A stretch of DNA of 50,219 nucleotides. It comes from Corallochytrium limacisporum Hawaii. Lineage: Eukaryota > Protista > Pluriformea. Position numbers and translations under genes: made by a program. Below the pieces are notes generated by a model. It was not told the origin of the DNA. It saw nothing but the letters and a program-made list of their open reading frames with translations, and did not search any database. The stretch spans positions 1 to 50,219 of the forward strand of contig PDIP01000146.1 of assembly GCA_002811645.1 (NCBI GenBank). The letters are read 5' to 3'. Of the stretch, positions 13,192 to 26,001 are shown in pieces; the stretch's first letter is position 1; each line of letters begins with the position of its first letter.

Positions 13192-13428
13192 ATGGTGAAC
13201 ACGGACAGACTCAAAATGGTGTCAACGCAGCACGCACAGGTTGATCTAGCTGAAGCGATCCTCAAAGACTTCGACGTGACCGTCGGCGAGGCCGTCATTG
13301 ACGACGCTGAGGATTACTTTTGCGACTTTTGCCACTACAACACACTTCTGAAGCGACGCGTGCAGAAGAACAACGCTCAGCGGAGATCTTCCAACAGTGA
13401 CACATCATCAGAAACCTCTACACATTGA
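13192..13428 (+). CDS. Small hypothetical protein (78 aa), or 3' remnant of a larger gene, with CxxC / degenerate C2H2-finger-like motif
   Basis: ATG-started ORF with protein-like composition. YFCDFCHYNTLLKRRVQKN fits YxCxxCxYxTxxKxxLxxH except for the His ligands. Confidence 0.45.
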   Translation: MVNTDRLKMVSTQHAQVDLAEAILKDFDVTVGEAVIDDAEDYFCDFCHYNTLLKRRVQKNNAQRRSSNSDTSSETSTH

Positions 13429-13468
13429 CTGGCGGTGGCTGGTCCATCTCTGCTAACTATTCGTGACA

Positions 13469-13972
13469 ATGACGGTTCACTCCCGTCAACCTGTCGCCCC
13501 CAAGTCTGGCGAAACTCGAGTGCCAGTAGGAGTCGCGGCCTTCATCACTAAGCAAGATGATGACGGCTCTGAGCTCTTGCTTGTCGGCGTTCGTCGAGGA
13601 TCCCATGGCAAAGGAACATACGCCCTTCCTGGAGGATGGTTGGAGGTCGGCGAATCCTTTGAGGATGCTGCCGTCCGCGAGACACTGGAGGAGACTGGCT
13701 TGAAGGTCTCTGCCGAGACCATGCTGGCTGTCGCCAACAATGCAATGCCAGAGCTGCACAGTGTCACTGTGTTTATGCGCTGTCACCGTGATGATCCCAG
13801 CGCAGAACCAGCCAACCTGGAACCTCACAAGTGTGAAGGTTGGGAATGGATCAGCTTGACCACCATGAAAGCGATCGCCAATGAACCTGAGACGCACAAG
13901 GTTGGAATCTTTCCGCCCTTGGCGTCCTTGCTCAGTGGCTCTGCTAACCTTAGTGTTGGCACCGGGCTCTAG
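13469..13972 (+). CDS. NUDT15: Nudix hydrolase, NUDT15/MTH2-like nucleotide triphosphate diphosphatase
   Basis: Nudix box GGWLEVGESFEDAAVRETLEETGL, N-terminal VGVAAFI..RRGSHGKG and C-terminal NLEPHKCEGWEW typical of the NUDT15 subfamily. First ATG is at 13469 (the ORF track starts at GTG 13463). Intronless. Confidence 0.9.
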   Translation: MTVHSRQPVAPKSGETRVPVGVAAFITKQDDDGSELLLVGVRRGSHGKGTYALPGGWLEVGESFEDAAVRETLEETGLKVSAETMLAVANNAMPELHSVTVFMRCHRDDPSAEPANLEPHKCEGWEWISLTTMKAIANEPETHKVGIFPPLASLLSGSANLSVGTGL

Positions 13973-14071
13973 TCATCTCAGCTCGCAATCCTTTTCGCAT
14001 ACTTTTTCCATACTTTTAGCATACCCCTTTTTTCCTCCATACATACACATTTCCATAATTGTTCCATAAAA

Positions 14072-15776
14072 CTATAGAAATACACCGGAACTTTTTCCTG
14101 TCCCTCTACTTAATACACACTTTGGCAGTTTTTCGATAATTCCCCCCCCCCTCCTTCTTTTCAACTTTTGACATTTTAACCACTCGCGTCCCCTTGTCAA
14201 AAGCCTCTTTGGCCACTTCCGTATCTTTGCGTCGACACAGGCTGTGTAGACAAAATCAAACAATACCTCAGAACGGTCAGAGGTCACAAACTGACCGACC
14301 GATACCAATGCACTCTCACTGCCCTTCCCCCCTCCCCCTCCCCCCCCCTCCCTCCTCCCCCTTCTCTTTTCGGGTTGGGAAGAGGGGAGGTCGGGTGTCG
14401 TCCCCTCGCCCCTTCCCCCGCAGTGCTGGTGGTAAACTAGCCCGCCGGGGAGAGAGAGAGAGAAAAGGAGACGGGGGAGGGGAGGGGGGGGAAGGAAGGT
14501 TTCCCCCCACTTGCCCCCTCTCTCTTTTTTCTCTTGGGTTGCGGGTTTTCGGGATTCCCTCACCGGGTCTCAACTCCCTCTTTGGTGCGCCCCTTCGTGA
14601 CCCACGGACCATTCCTCCCCGACCCACCTAACGGCAAGGGGAACTGCAGGGCGGGAGGGGAAGACCTGCAAGGGAGTTAGGGTCTAATTGGGGCCGAGAT
14701 CCCACAGAACCACAATGAAGCACACAATACACTCAGCAACTATTCCACGGCACTGCCTATACCACCGCATGCATTGCCCATGTTTGCCCAGATCTTTTGG
14801 TGGGTTCTCATACGGGTTGAGCATGCTTGGTTGGTGAGTTGGTTGCTTCCTGCTGCGATGTGCCGGTGCGCTTGGTGGCTCTGTGAGAGATCGAGGTCAT
14901 CATCCATTAAACCTGTAAACGATTGGGTTGGTCCATTTTGTGGTGACTGTTGGTGGATAGAAAGGCCGTTTCGCTTCGGTTCGTTCCATTTTATGCATTT
15001 CGCAGTTATTGTTTTGATGGTATGCGATGTACGGTGATGTCAGTCGTTTGCGAGCTCCGTACTGCAGAGCACTCGCCTCTTGCCGCCCACCTAAGATAGA
15101 CTGGACCGGAGGTGGGTTTTGTATTCATATCAGTGCGAGCCACTCCACGTATTGTTATCACACCCACACACAACCGCAAATGTATCGAACATGCAAGAGC
15201 AACATGCTCTGCTGTGCAGGCATTGTACTTTAACTGCCGATTGGGACCAGCTCGCGAGTTTGGTCCGAAGGATGAATGATGATGCAATGGTTTATAGAGT
15301 GTATTTGCGTACGCTTGCTGCAACCAGATCGGTGGCCAGTCATAGCCGGCAAGTACGCGATAGGTGGTTCAGTATGGGTGGCAATAGGGAAACCCACACC
15401 AATACTGACTGATCCCTTCGCCCTCCCCTCCCCCTCTCCTCTCCCCCATTCTGAACTCCCTATCCCAAAGAGGCAGAGCTCGAGCTCGATAAAGCAAGTT
15501 GCCTGTTGCCGAGAGCGTTTGCGGCGCCTTGTTCTCCATCGTGCCGTGCTGCACGCTTGCAAGTTGGTACACTGGTCCATTCATCTTCATAAATACTGTA
15601 GTCAGCAACTTGCCATCGCCAACAGCAAGGCATGCATCCTCGTCCTCACCATCGTCACCATCATCGTAGTGCGTATAGCGTCCTTGTATCCAATCGCATC
15701 CATACGAACACCCCATCAAACTGTTGAACTGGTGGTGTACCTCGCCAACAACATGACCAGAACATCCATCGCACAT
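14072..15776 (-). pseudogene. WD40-repeat pseudogene
   Basis: Colinear minus-strand WD40 pieces across frames: DGKLLTTVF..GPVYQLA; KGSVSI; MTGHRSG..IIIHPSDQT; VVCGCDNNTW; TSGPVYL; IVVLWDL..PLQVF..LAVRW; MVRGSRRGAPK; FVYTACVDAKIRKW. Interrupted by stops, frameshifts and a homopolymer patch. Confidence 0.6.
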
Positions 15777-16111
15777 CCATCGTCATATGATGTGCACCTG
15801 ATGACACACACTCTGTACAGACCCTGGATGATGATGATGAATGAATGAATGAATTTAAACGTATGTATATCAGTGATGCAAAGGACAAAACAGAGAACTC
15901 CGCCACATGGTCCAATTGTTGGACGGTTGAGAACATCAATACGCCATGTCTCATACTGCTTCTAAGGGTAGCTATAATTATCATCAGCCGGCAACTTCCC
16001 CTACCTCATCATGAACGCCCGATCGGGGGGGGAGACATCCCTTGAGTGTGTCTCTCCCCCCCTGAGTATGATTTTGTAGCAAACGTACTGTTTCTCACAG
16101 TGGCGACGTAA

Positions 16112-16297
16112 ATGCAGTACTTGGTAAATGGAAGCGATTGTAAAGGAGGTCCCAACCAAAACCGAAGCCCGACGAGAACATGGGCTGAGGGCATGGTCAT
16201 GCGGAGGTTTCGGGAACTAGAGACTGGCTCGTGGAGCAGAATACCACACAATTATACACGCACACCCACTGTAGAACGAACACCGACAATTTACTAA
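16112..16297 (+). pseudogene. Degenerate SHAQKYF-class Myb/SANT domain
   Basis: RTWAEG...ETGSWSRIPHNYTRTPT resembles WTEEEH...GxGxWxxIxxNxVxTRTPTQVASHAQKY. The recognition helix is lost and a stop follows, with P/S/T-rich remnants downstream. Confidence 0.45.
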
Positions 16298-19200
16298 GCC
16301 AAAGAAAAATCGACGTTAAAATTCTTCGCTCGGGCGCGCAGGCTTGCCTGATCAATTTTGCAATCCCCTTGCGCGCCTCTTGCATGTCACACCCCACGCG
16401 GTTTTTCTTGTTTGCACGCATTTCATTCCTCGGTGCTTCTTCAGTTTACGGTGTGTTACTATTGCTACAACTACCAACATTGCCCCGTGCGTTTGTGGTT
16501 AGTACTACCTATTCGCTGTATTTTCTATTTGGCTCATCACACAGCTATTGTCACGGTTCTCCACGATCTCCAACAACCGCAACGAAAACGAATCCAAATT
16601 TATGTCCCCCCCCTTGCCTGCGGCATCTCCCGGCGTCTCTAACACGCCCCACAGCAAAAATGACGGTACCGAAGAATGATACACCAACTGCAGAGATGAC
16701 GGGGCAGTGTCAGTCCATCGACTCTCTTCCCCCCCCCTTCCCTCCCTCTCCTTCTTCTGGTGGTTTTGTGTAGGAAGCTCGTCGTTCCAAAATTCGACTC
16801 CTACAAAACCAAACCTCTGACACTTCTCTACTTTGCAGCAAGAGTTTAAGCCGAAAACCGCACGACGTGAACGAAAACTGCACACCAAATATGTTAGCGA
16901 TGTCATTCAACTGCAACATGGATCCATACCGGGCACATGTGCGCATCGAACCGAGGGTATGTATGGTCGATCGGCTCCCTTTTAAAGTTGAGGAGTGTCT
17001 GTGTGCGGCTTTTGTTGTGCGCTCGGTGTTTTTGTTTTGTTCTTTTGTTTGTGTCTTTTAATTTGCCGCGCTGATATTTTCTCGGAGACCGTTTGCATAC
17101 ATCGCGGGCCTTTTTTCTTGCGAGTGCGCTCTTCTGTTTCTGAGTAGACACGTGCATTCATGGCCATGCATGGAAAGGTAATGCTTATATTGGGCCGCGA
17201 TCCATCGAGTCCCCCTCCCTGACGGTCATTCCTTGACGAAGTATTGAGTTAGTTCGAAGAAACAAAAAATTCGGTGGCCCACTGACCGAATTTTCTATGA
17301 GTAGGAATGGAAGATGTCTAGTGAAGGGCTTGGGCCGATGGCAGAATACTTTTTGGCCCTCTGTGACTTTGAGGCGGCGAGTTTGGCCACCACCAGCCTG
17401 GGTTCTTTGTCGCTCTTCTTCTCCCGCCGAGTGTCATCGTTCCGTCTTTGTATGACCTTTAAGCATGTATGCATCGTAAGGTAGGGTCGTGACGACTGCA
17501 TGTACCGTAGGGCAATAGCTATGAAAAAGGAAGCAGGGCATTAAAATTTAGGATTCGTCTGCTAGCGGATCTGGTCCTGCACTGCTCTTTTCCTGACTGC
17601 TGTACTGTTTTGATGACCAGGCCGATCTGCTAATTACATGGGCCCTGAAGCGGAGAGCCTTACCGCGACTTACCGGTGATTGAATAGGGCCCGTTACTTA
17701 CTGCCTACGATGGAAGAAAGGCGAAACCAAAACAACTTTCGATTGTCAAGAATGGTAGCAGTAAGAAACGCGGGGGTGTTGGGCAAGTCTCCTATTGGAA
17801 CTCCGTCCTCCTCATTTGTTTTTATCAGCACGCAGTAGTCTTGTAGTAAAAGTTCATTCTTGGTGCGTGTGCGGTTCGGAACCTTTGCGGGTTTCTGAAA
17901 TCACATACAATGGCATGAAGCTTACCCTACGACAACAGATGGATCGCTCGCCCGCTGCCCCCCCCCTCCCTCCCGAAACATGGTTTGGTTGGTGGGGGGA
18001 CACGAAGGAATGTTCGACTGTTGTTTGCTGTCACAGAGTCGTAGTATGGGAACGCATCGAGGACTTGTTTGGTTGGCCCAGATGTTTAGAAGGGAGAGGT
18101 TGGATAGAACTATTTGAGGCAAGGGGACGAAGGAGTGGACAGATGATTTATCGAGTATCCCCACACCTTCAGTATTTCTGGACTTGAAGAAAATTTTCTC
18201 TACTGTATATGTATGGAACCTAGACACACCCGATCCAACGACAATACTCTTTACGTCTTTAAAACGCTCCCGACGTCTGCATAATTAGCAACTGGTGCAG
18301 TCCCATGTTCTCTTATCAACACCTCTGTGTTGGTGTTTGATTTCGCCAGGATCAGATTGTATACTAAATGTATTCAAAAGTACGAAAAACATCGTACCGC
18401 CCCAGCGAAAACCCGAAAGTCAAACACCCACAATTCGTCATTATGATGTTCTTGTTGGGCCTGCCCGTCTGACCCTCCTCGCCTTTCCACTGGTGTCCTC
18501 GTTTACCGCGAACCCATGGTCACATTGGTCAGCCTACAAGGTATGGAAACAATCATGCACACTACCAGCAGGTGTTACCACCAAACAACATCGGCGTAGA
18601 ACGAGGCTCCACCCATGCGGTGCTGCCCAGCCCGTCGTCGTCTACCCACAGAATTTTATCATTTATTCACTATAGAGCTCAAGGCATTGGCGACAGGCCG
18701 GCAAGACACGCCACACGTAGCCCTGCCCGATGTCAAGACTAAGTGGAGGAGCTCACAAGACACTCACATACTTAGCGAGGAAATTGGTGGGTTTTCCATC
18801 GCAATACTAGGAGAGGCCCGTGTGCGCCCGTTGTGCCCTTCGTGGACTTTTAACCAAGGGTGAAAGGTTTGTACAAACCTTGCGCCTGGGTAGCTAAACA
18901 CCCCTCCCCAAGGAGGTGAATTTGACTTTAGTCATATTGAAAAGTCATTGTTTTTGTATACAAGACACGAGTAGACGATCTCTATGTCAGTTGTGTGTTT
19001 GTGTTTCCGCTACTTGTTTTTTTTCAGCATTCATATTATCTTCTTGGTATTGCGCCTTACCTTCCCATGTGCAGGAGCGCTGTTTCAGTTTTTCTCTCCA
19101 AGGAAATGATCGTGTTCCCAAGTCAATATCATCACTCTTTCATTATTAAATGGTATTCGTTCATGAAGAGTAACGTCCTAGACATGAATGTGGTGTGGCG

Positions 19201-20557
19201 CTCCTTTGGCATGGTTGCTCACAAGAAAAAAAAGTAAAAGAGAAAATTGAAGAAGTTGAAAAAAAAAGGAAAAAGGAGGAGTTCCTTCGTAACCCGCAAG
19301 GAAGTAGGTTCTATGCGCTGATTGCCACAGTTTTTTTGCGGCTTTCAGCAGGCGGTTGTGGTCTGAAACATTGGTTATGGGTGACCGTGCCTTTGTATTA
19401 TCTCCGCCCCCTACCTCACATTGTTTCCTCGCTCGCTCTGAGAGACTTGTTTTTATCTACTTACATTCGCCCCCAAATGGCGCCATCTACAATTTTTTCC
19501 GTTTCATCGGCCCGCGTACCAAACCCACACTCAAGTTTGTTGCGGTAGACTGCGGGCCACATTGCGCATGAGACCAATTCGAAGATTGGACAGGAAGTGC
19601 AAAGTTGCGTTAGCAAAATGAGAAAGAAGGAAAGCTCTCCTCTTTTTTTTTTTGCGTGGCACGGGGCGACGGGTTGACCGACCAAGTTCACAAATGACCA
19701 AAAGGGTTTATCCAACGGAAGGGCCTGAGTATTTTGTTGGTAGATGTTAAGTGTCCCTCCCCGCTTTCCCTAAACAAGGTCTTTACTTGCGGTAGTATCT
19801 AAAGTCCTTGCCTGACCTTTGCCAAAATAATCAGTTCCCTGAGTATTGGAAGCTGAAAACAGGACCCAGGACAAAATCCAAACGACAATACGGCGAACCC
19901 AAAAGAAATCGAAGTTGTTGTGGGTTCGCGTTGGCCAATGTTTCTTATGTTTCTCATAGTTACATGCCCACACAGAGAGAATAGTTTTTATGAATGATGA
20001 TAAAAACCCAAACGAAAATCATGTGCTATTTTACGAGTGTGGGACTAGCATACTCGGACTATAGTAACGGAATTTCCTTGGAAGTGCGAGGAAAGAAGAA
20101 AGGGGAGGACGAGGAGTGCCAGTGGGTTGGTGTCTGTGTGCGCCCGGTGCCCTAACTTGACCCGTTTGGACGAGGAAGGCGAGGCTGTGTTCCCGTTCCG
20201 TACTGATTTTCTATGAACGGCCTCCTCCAGCGAGGACCGACTCCGCCCGCTTTTGGAGAAACACCCAACGCCCCTCACTGGTTTCGAGGGCGGTATGTCC
20301 GTTGAACAGGGAGATGGAAAGAAGAGATTGCCCCAGGCTACGTATGATAAGTAGCACACTCTCCCAGTTTTTGCTTTCGTTTGGTGTCCAAAACAAAAGA
20401 TTGAAAGAGAATGCGAGTCTTAGTGTTGAAGACGAAGGAGAGGAGGGTACGCATTCGCACTCGCGAAAAGGGGAAGGTTGAGTGTATGTGCATGTGTATG
20501 TGTGCGGACGGCGGGACAGCGAGCAACCCGTCACACTTTTTTTGCTGGAACGGCCGC

Positions 20558-20662
20558 TGTGTGGTGTATGTGTGGTGTGTGTGTAGGTGTGTGTGTGTGT
20601 GTTTTGTGTGTGTTTGTGTGTGTTTTGTGTGTGTTTGTGTGTGTTTGTGTGTGTTTTGTGTG
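20558..20662. repeat. Imperfect (GT)n / (GTGTGTTT)n microsatellite
   Basis: Direct reading. Confidence 0.9.
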
Positions 20663-23354
20663 CGAGTTTCGTTTTTTGGACCCAGGGAAGAGGCGCGCGC
20701 GCGCTCGGCGAGGAGATCTGAAAGTACAAATGTCGAAGTATCAATATATTTAGTATTAACATTCTTGAGAACAAGCTTTAATTTTCTAAGGTCTATGATA
20801 AATTGATTGTCTCTGGGTTATGACACCATAACCCGCTGTCTGGTCTTTTGGTCTCCTTTTGCGGTTTTTCTCACACTTTGCAACGTATCAGGAGATGACT
20901 CCATAGTAAATGTATGTAAATCATTGGAAGCAGAGCAAAAAACGTTATACCCCATCACGTACCACACACAAACACACACATACACGCACGCAGATCCGTA
21001 CGTAAACAGGGACATGCATGGCCCCTCCATATATTTTCTTCGGTTTTCACTGACTTCGTACCCATAATTTCGTAAGGGGTGTTTGAGATCATCACCAACA
21101 TGGACATTTTGCTTTCATAATTTCAGTATTAAAGTGTCCCATCTCTTACTGGGTGTTTTTGTACACCAATGGATAGGTAAGTTTGGACTAGACGGGCTGG
21201 TGAAGAATTTTTTGGCCCATTCATTGATTGCTGCAATCTTTGGTCTACGTCTCTCCCACCAAATGGGTTTGAGGTCGAAGCTTATAAGGTCAGTTTTTCT
21301 GCAGTAGTTGCAATCGGTAGACAAGTCGGTTCACTTCCTGTGTGTTGCGGTTTTCTGGTGTTGAAACATACAAGTATGCTCATTTACCGCGTTGCCGGTC
21401 AGGGAGAGAAATGGAAAAACCTCAAGCACGTTGAGGGATCTAAAGGCAGGTGTCTCAATATTGTACATTACCCCAACTTACATGGCACCAGAGCGACCCG
21501 CAAAACACACACGTCCGTTCTGTATTTGTCTCGGTAATCGAAGTCTAGAACTCTTATCTCATTACTGTCCCCCTCTTGTGGTTGTCCTTTGATATGTTTC
21601 CAGGAACGTTTTATACGGAAATCAAACTGTAGAAAGATGTGGTGGCAGTGCGTTAGGCCATCTAGTCCGCAAAATCCCATCACCTCATCATCCGTTCCCG
21701 TACCGGCCTCCGTGGCTGCTGTCGGTGCCAAGAGGTATACGTCTGTGTGCTCTCGTGCTTGGTCAAGACAAATTTTTCGCAAAACATTCAGTACGGTTTC
21801 ACCGAACTCTTCCTTTCGTTTGCCGCGTCCCCTGAGCGCGGTTTAGGCGGTGAAGCACTGCTTGCTGGTAACTCCTAAACCATTTATTCGGACCTCAGGA
21901 ACTTCCTGCTTCTGCGCGAGGCAAAAAAGCAATTATGAGACTCCCATACCGGAAGTGTGTTTATTTTGTGCCAACAAGGAAAGTTGATAGCTTAACTGAG
22001 CCGTTTTGTGGTTGCCGCTTGTCTTTGTATGGCGTCTCCCACTAAGCCTTTCGATGATGGATGGACTCGTTTGTTATAACCCGCAAAAACCTCAAAGCAA
22101 TCCGATGCATTCAAGACGGGTTTTCTACGGGATTTGGTGTGTTTAAGACTATTTCATGTTACACCCAATGCTTGCTGCTGCTTGCTCGCTCCGCAAAAAA
22201 CCCACGGCGTCCATCCCACATCCCCCCTTTTTTTGAACACCCCCCCAACCATACATCCCCACCCACTCGCGGGCTCCTCCAGCCCAAGAAAAAATCACAA
22301 ATTTTAGATTCTACGGTTTTCTCTCTCGGGGACTGTGTGCGGGTCTTAGGGTTCGTTCCTTCTCCATACAGAAAACAAAAAAATAAAACCCAGACTGGCC
22401 ACGGCCGGGGATCAGGAAGGAGAGTTTCCCGCCGGCCCCCCTCCCCTCTCTCGGGGGGGGGAGTGGTAGGGTGGGGGTGGCAGCAATCGTGGGTCCCTGG
22501 CGCGACCCCTCCCGCCAACCTTCCCTTGCTGCCGAGAGGGGCGGTTTTGGCTTTGAAAATTACCAAGCACTGCCTCCCCCGGACCCTTCGGTGGAGGGGA
22601 GGAGGGGAGAGGAGAGAAGCCCCGCGGGGGGGGAACGAAATTGTGAAAACCGCGACGCAAGTTGGGAAAAGAGGAGCCGCCAACCGGTCAGGTGTCGGGG
22701 GCAGTATAGAAACCATTGCCACGTCCACCCAGTTTTATAGAAGCGTTAATGATGAGTTGATGGTGGTGGCGCTGTCTTGGTCCGCGTACCCAATATGTTT
22801 ATGTTCATGACATGATCCATCAGCAGATGGACATAACTATGTTGCGGTGGGTTTCCGCCACTATGGCTATCCGTATCATCGCCGCGCGCGCCATCGAGGA
22901 TGCTGTGGCTCTCATGTATCATTGGACAGTATGCTATACCGCGGTACCCCTTGAACGTAAATACATTCTCTGGCGTTAAGAGAACACAGTGATTAAGAAT
23001 ACGCTAAGGATAGAAGCCGCACAATACCGCAGATGGCTATCCACCACACACAGATACACAGAGCGCGCACATCTCTACTCAAACGGGTAGGTCGCCGCAG
23101 CGGTTTGTTGTGTGTAGCGAAGACAACGAGGAATGATGATTGGGGTTGAGATGATCCGGAAAGCGACGTTTACACAGCGAAAGATGGCGAATAGAATTAG
23201 CGCAAACAAGGATGAGCGGTAATATACCCCCGGCAAATACTGTTGAAACCATCATCAGTGACCATTACATCCAATAAACCCCACACAGGCGCACCGGCCT
23301 TCCCGACGGAGATCCCACATGCATATCCATTCCCAACGATCATCGTTTGACATG

Positions 23355-23360
23355 CACACA

Positions 23361-23426
<66 letters not shown>
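23355..23426. repeat. (CA)n microsatellite, about 36 units with one interruption
   Basis: Direct reading. Confidence 0.97.
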
Positions 23427-23428
<2 letters not shown>

Positions 23429-25329
23429 ACTTTGTCCTTACGGAGGGCGGTTCTTCTTGTCCTTGGAGATGATGAGCAAATTTATGGACGATGCCAGGTA
23501 GTTAGCCAGAAAAGCATGGTCTCTTGCGGGAGAGTCAGTCGGTATTGCAATTCTGAGGTCCAATCTGTGCGCAGTCCAATCCGTGACGGAAGCCGTCGAA
23601 CGTAACCGGCCTCGGCATTCCAACGGGCCCAACCCAGCGCTACAACACAGACTCCGATGTATCCCTCCGGACTTTCGGTCCCTTTGGCCGGGCACAGTTT
23701 CGTTCGTTTTTGTGGCTGGTTTTCTCAGACGTTGCGGACTTCATTACAGTGTAACGCACCGCACAATAACCGCAGTATGGGGAACTGAATGTGCCGCCTT
23801 CCGACTCCGGCGTCTTCCACGATGTTTTTTTAACGTAGTTGTGGTCGTCTCCGTGCGGGTGTTGACACACGCCGGCGCGGATCCTCAAGCGTTTGCGGTT
23901 GCTGGTCTCTGTCCCCGTGTGTGTCTCCGTTTGTCCGTATTGTGTACTAGAAAAGGACCTGTGTGTGGTTCTCTGGTGGTTTCTCTTAGCAGGGCCTGTC
24001 GCCGAGGGAAAATGAATTCGTTTGTGGGTCAGACACCGCACTTTTTTTTAGACCAATGAATTGATCCCTCGAATGTAATTGGTGACACAGTCGCTCCCGC
24101 GCGTGTTTTGTGGTGGACCTTAAATGTGCGCAGACGCGCATATCACGGACGTGAGCAACGGACAGACACAGCCACACCCGGATCATCTGAGTCTGGGTGA
24201 GTTGAGTTTGTAAGCCCCATTCGGCATCGGAAGAACATGTCCTTAGGGAACCGAACAAGCACCCAAATCATCCTTCTCACTAGCTCGCCTGTGGCATGCC
24301 GACCGACATTCCTCGGGACTGTGCATGGCACTATACTCATATACTCCAGGTGACCGGTCGGTCGCACTAGCCTCCACATGCATTCCTTCGCGGCTGTCTC
24401 CTGCCCATCCGCATTCTGCTATTGTTTCTGTATGTCTTAGGTATTGCGAGAAGCAATTTCAGTCGAATCGGTCGAATGTGAACATTTAGGTGTGGGTGGT
24501 TGCGTGTTCGACAGGTACTCGAGTGATTCGAAAGTGCGGCGCATTCTAGTCCGGAAGCAGCAGACATAAAAAGCCACACTTGCGTGCACGCACGGGTACC
24601 GGTATCCAGGAAGAAGTCCAAGGTTAGCATATCACCACCAATACGTTGGGCACCACACGAGGCATGGTAGTAATTGTCACGCACGATGCTTCGCGGATCT
24701 ACTAGCGTCGTGGCATGCAAGGGAGCGTAGGCGGGTTTTGGTGTATGCCGAGTACCATCACCTGCCCAAACAGAGAGGCCAGACTCTCCTGACCGGTATC
24801 TAGAAATCTGCCCACAACCACAGATCAAAAGAGAAAAACTTCAGCCAAACCGCATGGAAACGTCCCGGATCCCCGAAACCGTTCATTACTTCACTCTCTC
24901 ATTATTTCCCGATTGTGCGGAGGTCAGAATGCAAGGGTTGGTTTGGTAGTGAGTGAACGATCGCATGGTCCCCACGTACGAGGTCCGAAGCTGAGCTAGC
25001 TGGATGTCTGAACACTTCGAAAATGCTCTCCTGCTTGCGAGGCATTGGTGCACACCGGGTCTGCGTGTCTATGATTTAGGCCAACACAAGCAGCGGCACA
25101 TGATCTACCATGCCTAATGACCCATACAACATGTCTATTTATCCTGCAGACGTACCAACTTGTAAAGGTGGCATGCAGGAAACTCGGGATCCGCATGACA
25201 ATAACTGCTTGGCGGTACATTCCGAAACGCTGTCCATAAATCGCGAACCCAAACATCACAAAAAATATGGAAATAGAAACCAAAGCCGGTTCGGTTCGGT
25301 CAGCTGTCCACCCGTCGTCAGCACCGGAC

Positions 25330-25564
25330 NNNNNNNNNNNNNNNNNNNNNNNNNNNNNNNNNNNNNNNNNNNNNNNNNNNNNNNNNNNNNNNNNNNNNNN
25401 NNNNNNNNNNNNNNNNNNNNNNNNNNNNNNNNNNNNNNNNNNNNNNNNNNNNNNNNNNNNNNNNNNNNNNNNNNNNNNNNNNNNNNNNNNNNNNNNNNNN
25501 NNNNNNNNNNNNNNNNNNNNNNNNNNNNNNNNNNNNNNNNNNNNNNNNNNNNNNNNNNNNNNNN
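25330..25564. other. Assembly gap (235 N)
   Basis: N run. Confidence 1.
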
Positions 25565-25795
25565 TGCGTTTGTATGTTTCACTTTGCGGCTTTTGCAGTT
25601 TGGTACGCTGCCGCAGTTGGGTAATTCGAGCGTGCCGTAGTTCCCTTTTTTGATTTCATTGCACTGTGTCGTTTTCGGTTTTCCTTGTGGCCGTGTGTGT
25701 GTGTGTGTGAATTCTGCTTTAAAATGTTTTTCTGAAAGCGTTCTCTTTTCCTGGTCGTGCGGAAATTAACCCCCTCGAACCCCCCTGCCTCCCAC

Positions 25796-25871
25796 CCTTC
25801 CTTCCTTCCTTCCTTCCTTCCTTCCTTCCTTCCTTCCTTCCTTCCTTCCTTCCTTCCTTCCTTCCTTCCTT
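25796..25871. repeat. (CCTT)19 tetranucleotide microsatellite
   Basis: Direct reading; pure polypyrimidine mirror repeat. Confidence 0.97.
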
Positions 25872-25980
25872 GCCTGTGCTGCGTCTCCCGGTCACTTCCG
25901 CGGGCCCGCCTCGCGCTCTCGTGCTGGCTCCGCAAAGGTAAACCCATACAAAAAAAAAGATAGGAATTAAAAAGAAAAGT

Positions 25981-26001
25981 GAGAGAGAGAGAGAGAGAGA
26001 G
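25981..26001. repeat. (GA)10 microsatellite
   Basis: Direct reading. Confidence 0.9.

Noticed and set aside
20211-20806. ORFs rich in THT/VCV, and GRKE repeats at 25579-26118
   Set aside because: Translations of microsatellites.
22750-22810. ALSWSAYPICL resembling microbial rhodopsin helix F (WSAYP)
   Set aside because: No following helix G DxxxK motif or correctly ordered helix C motif.
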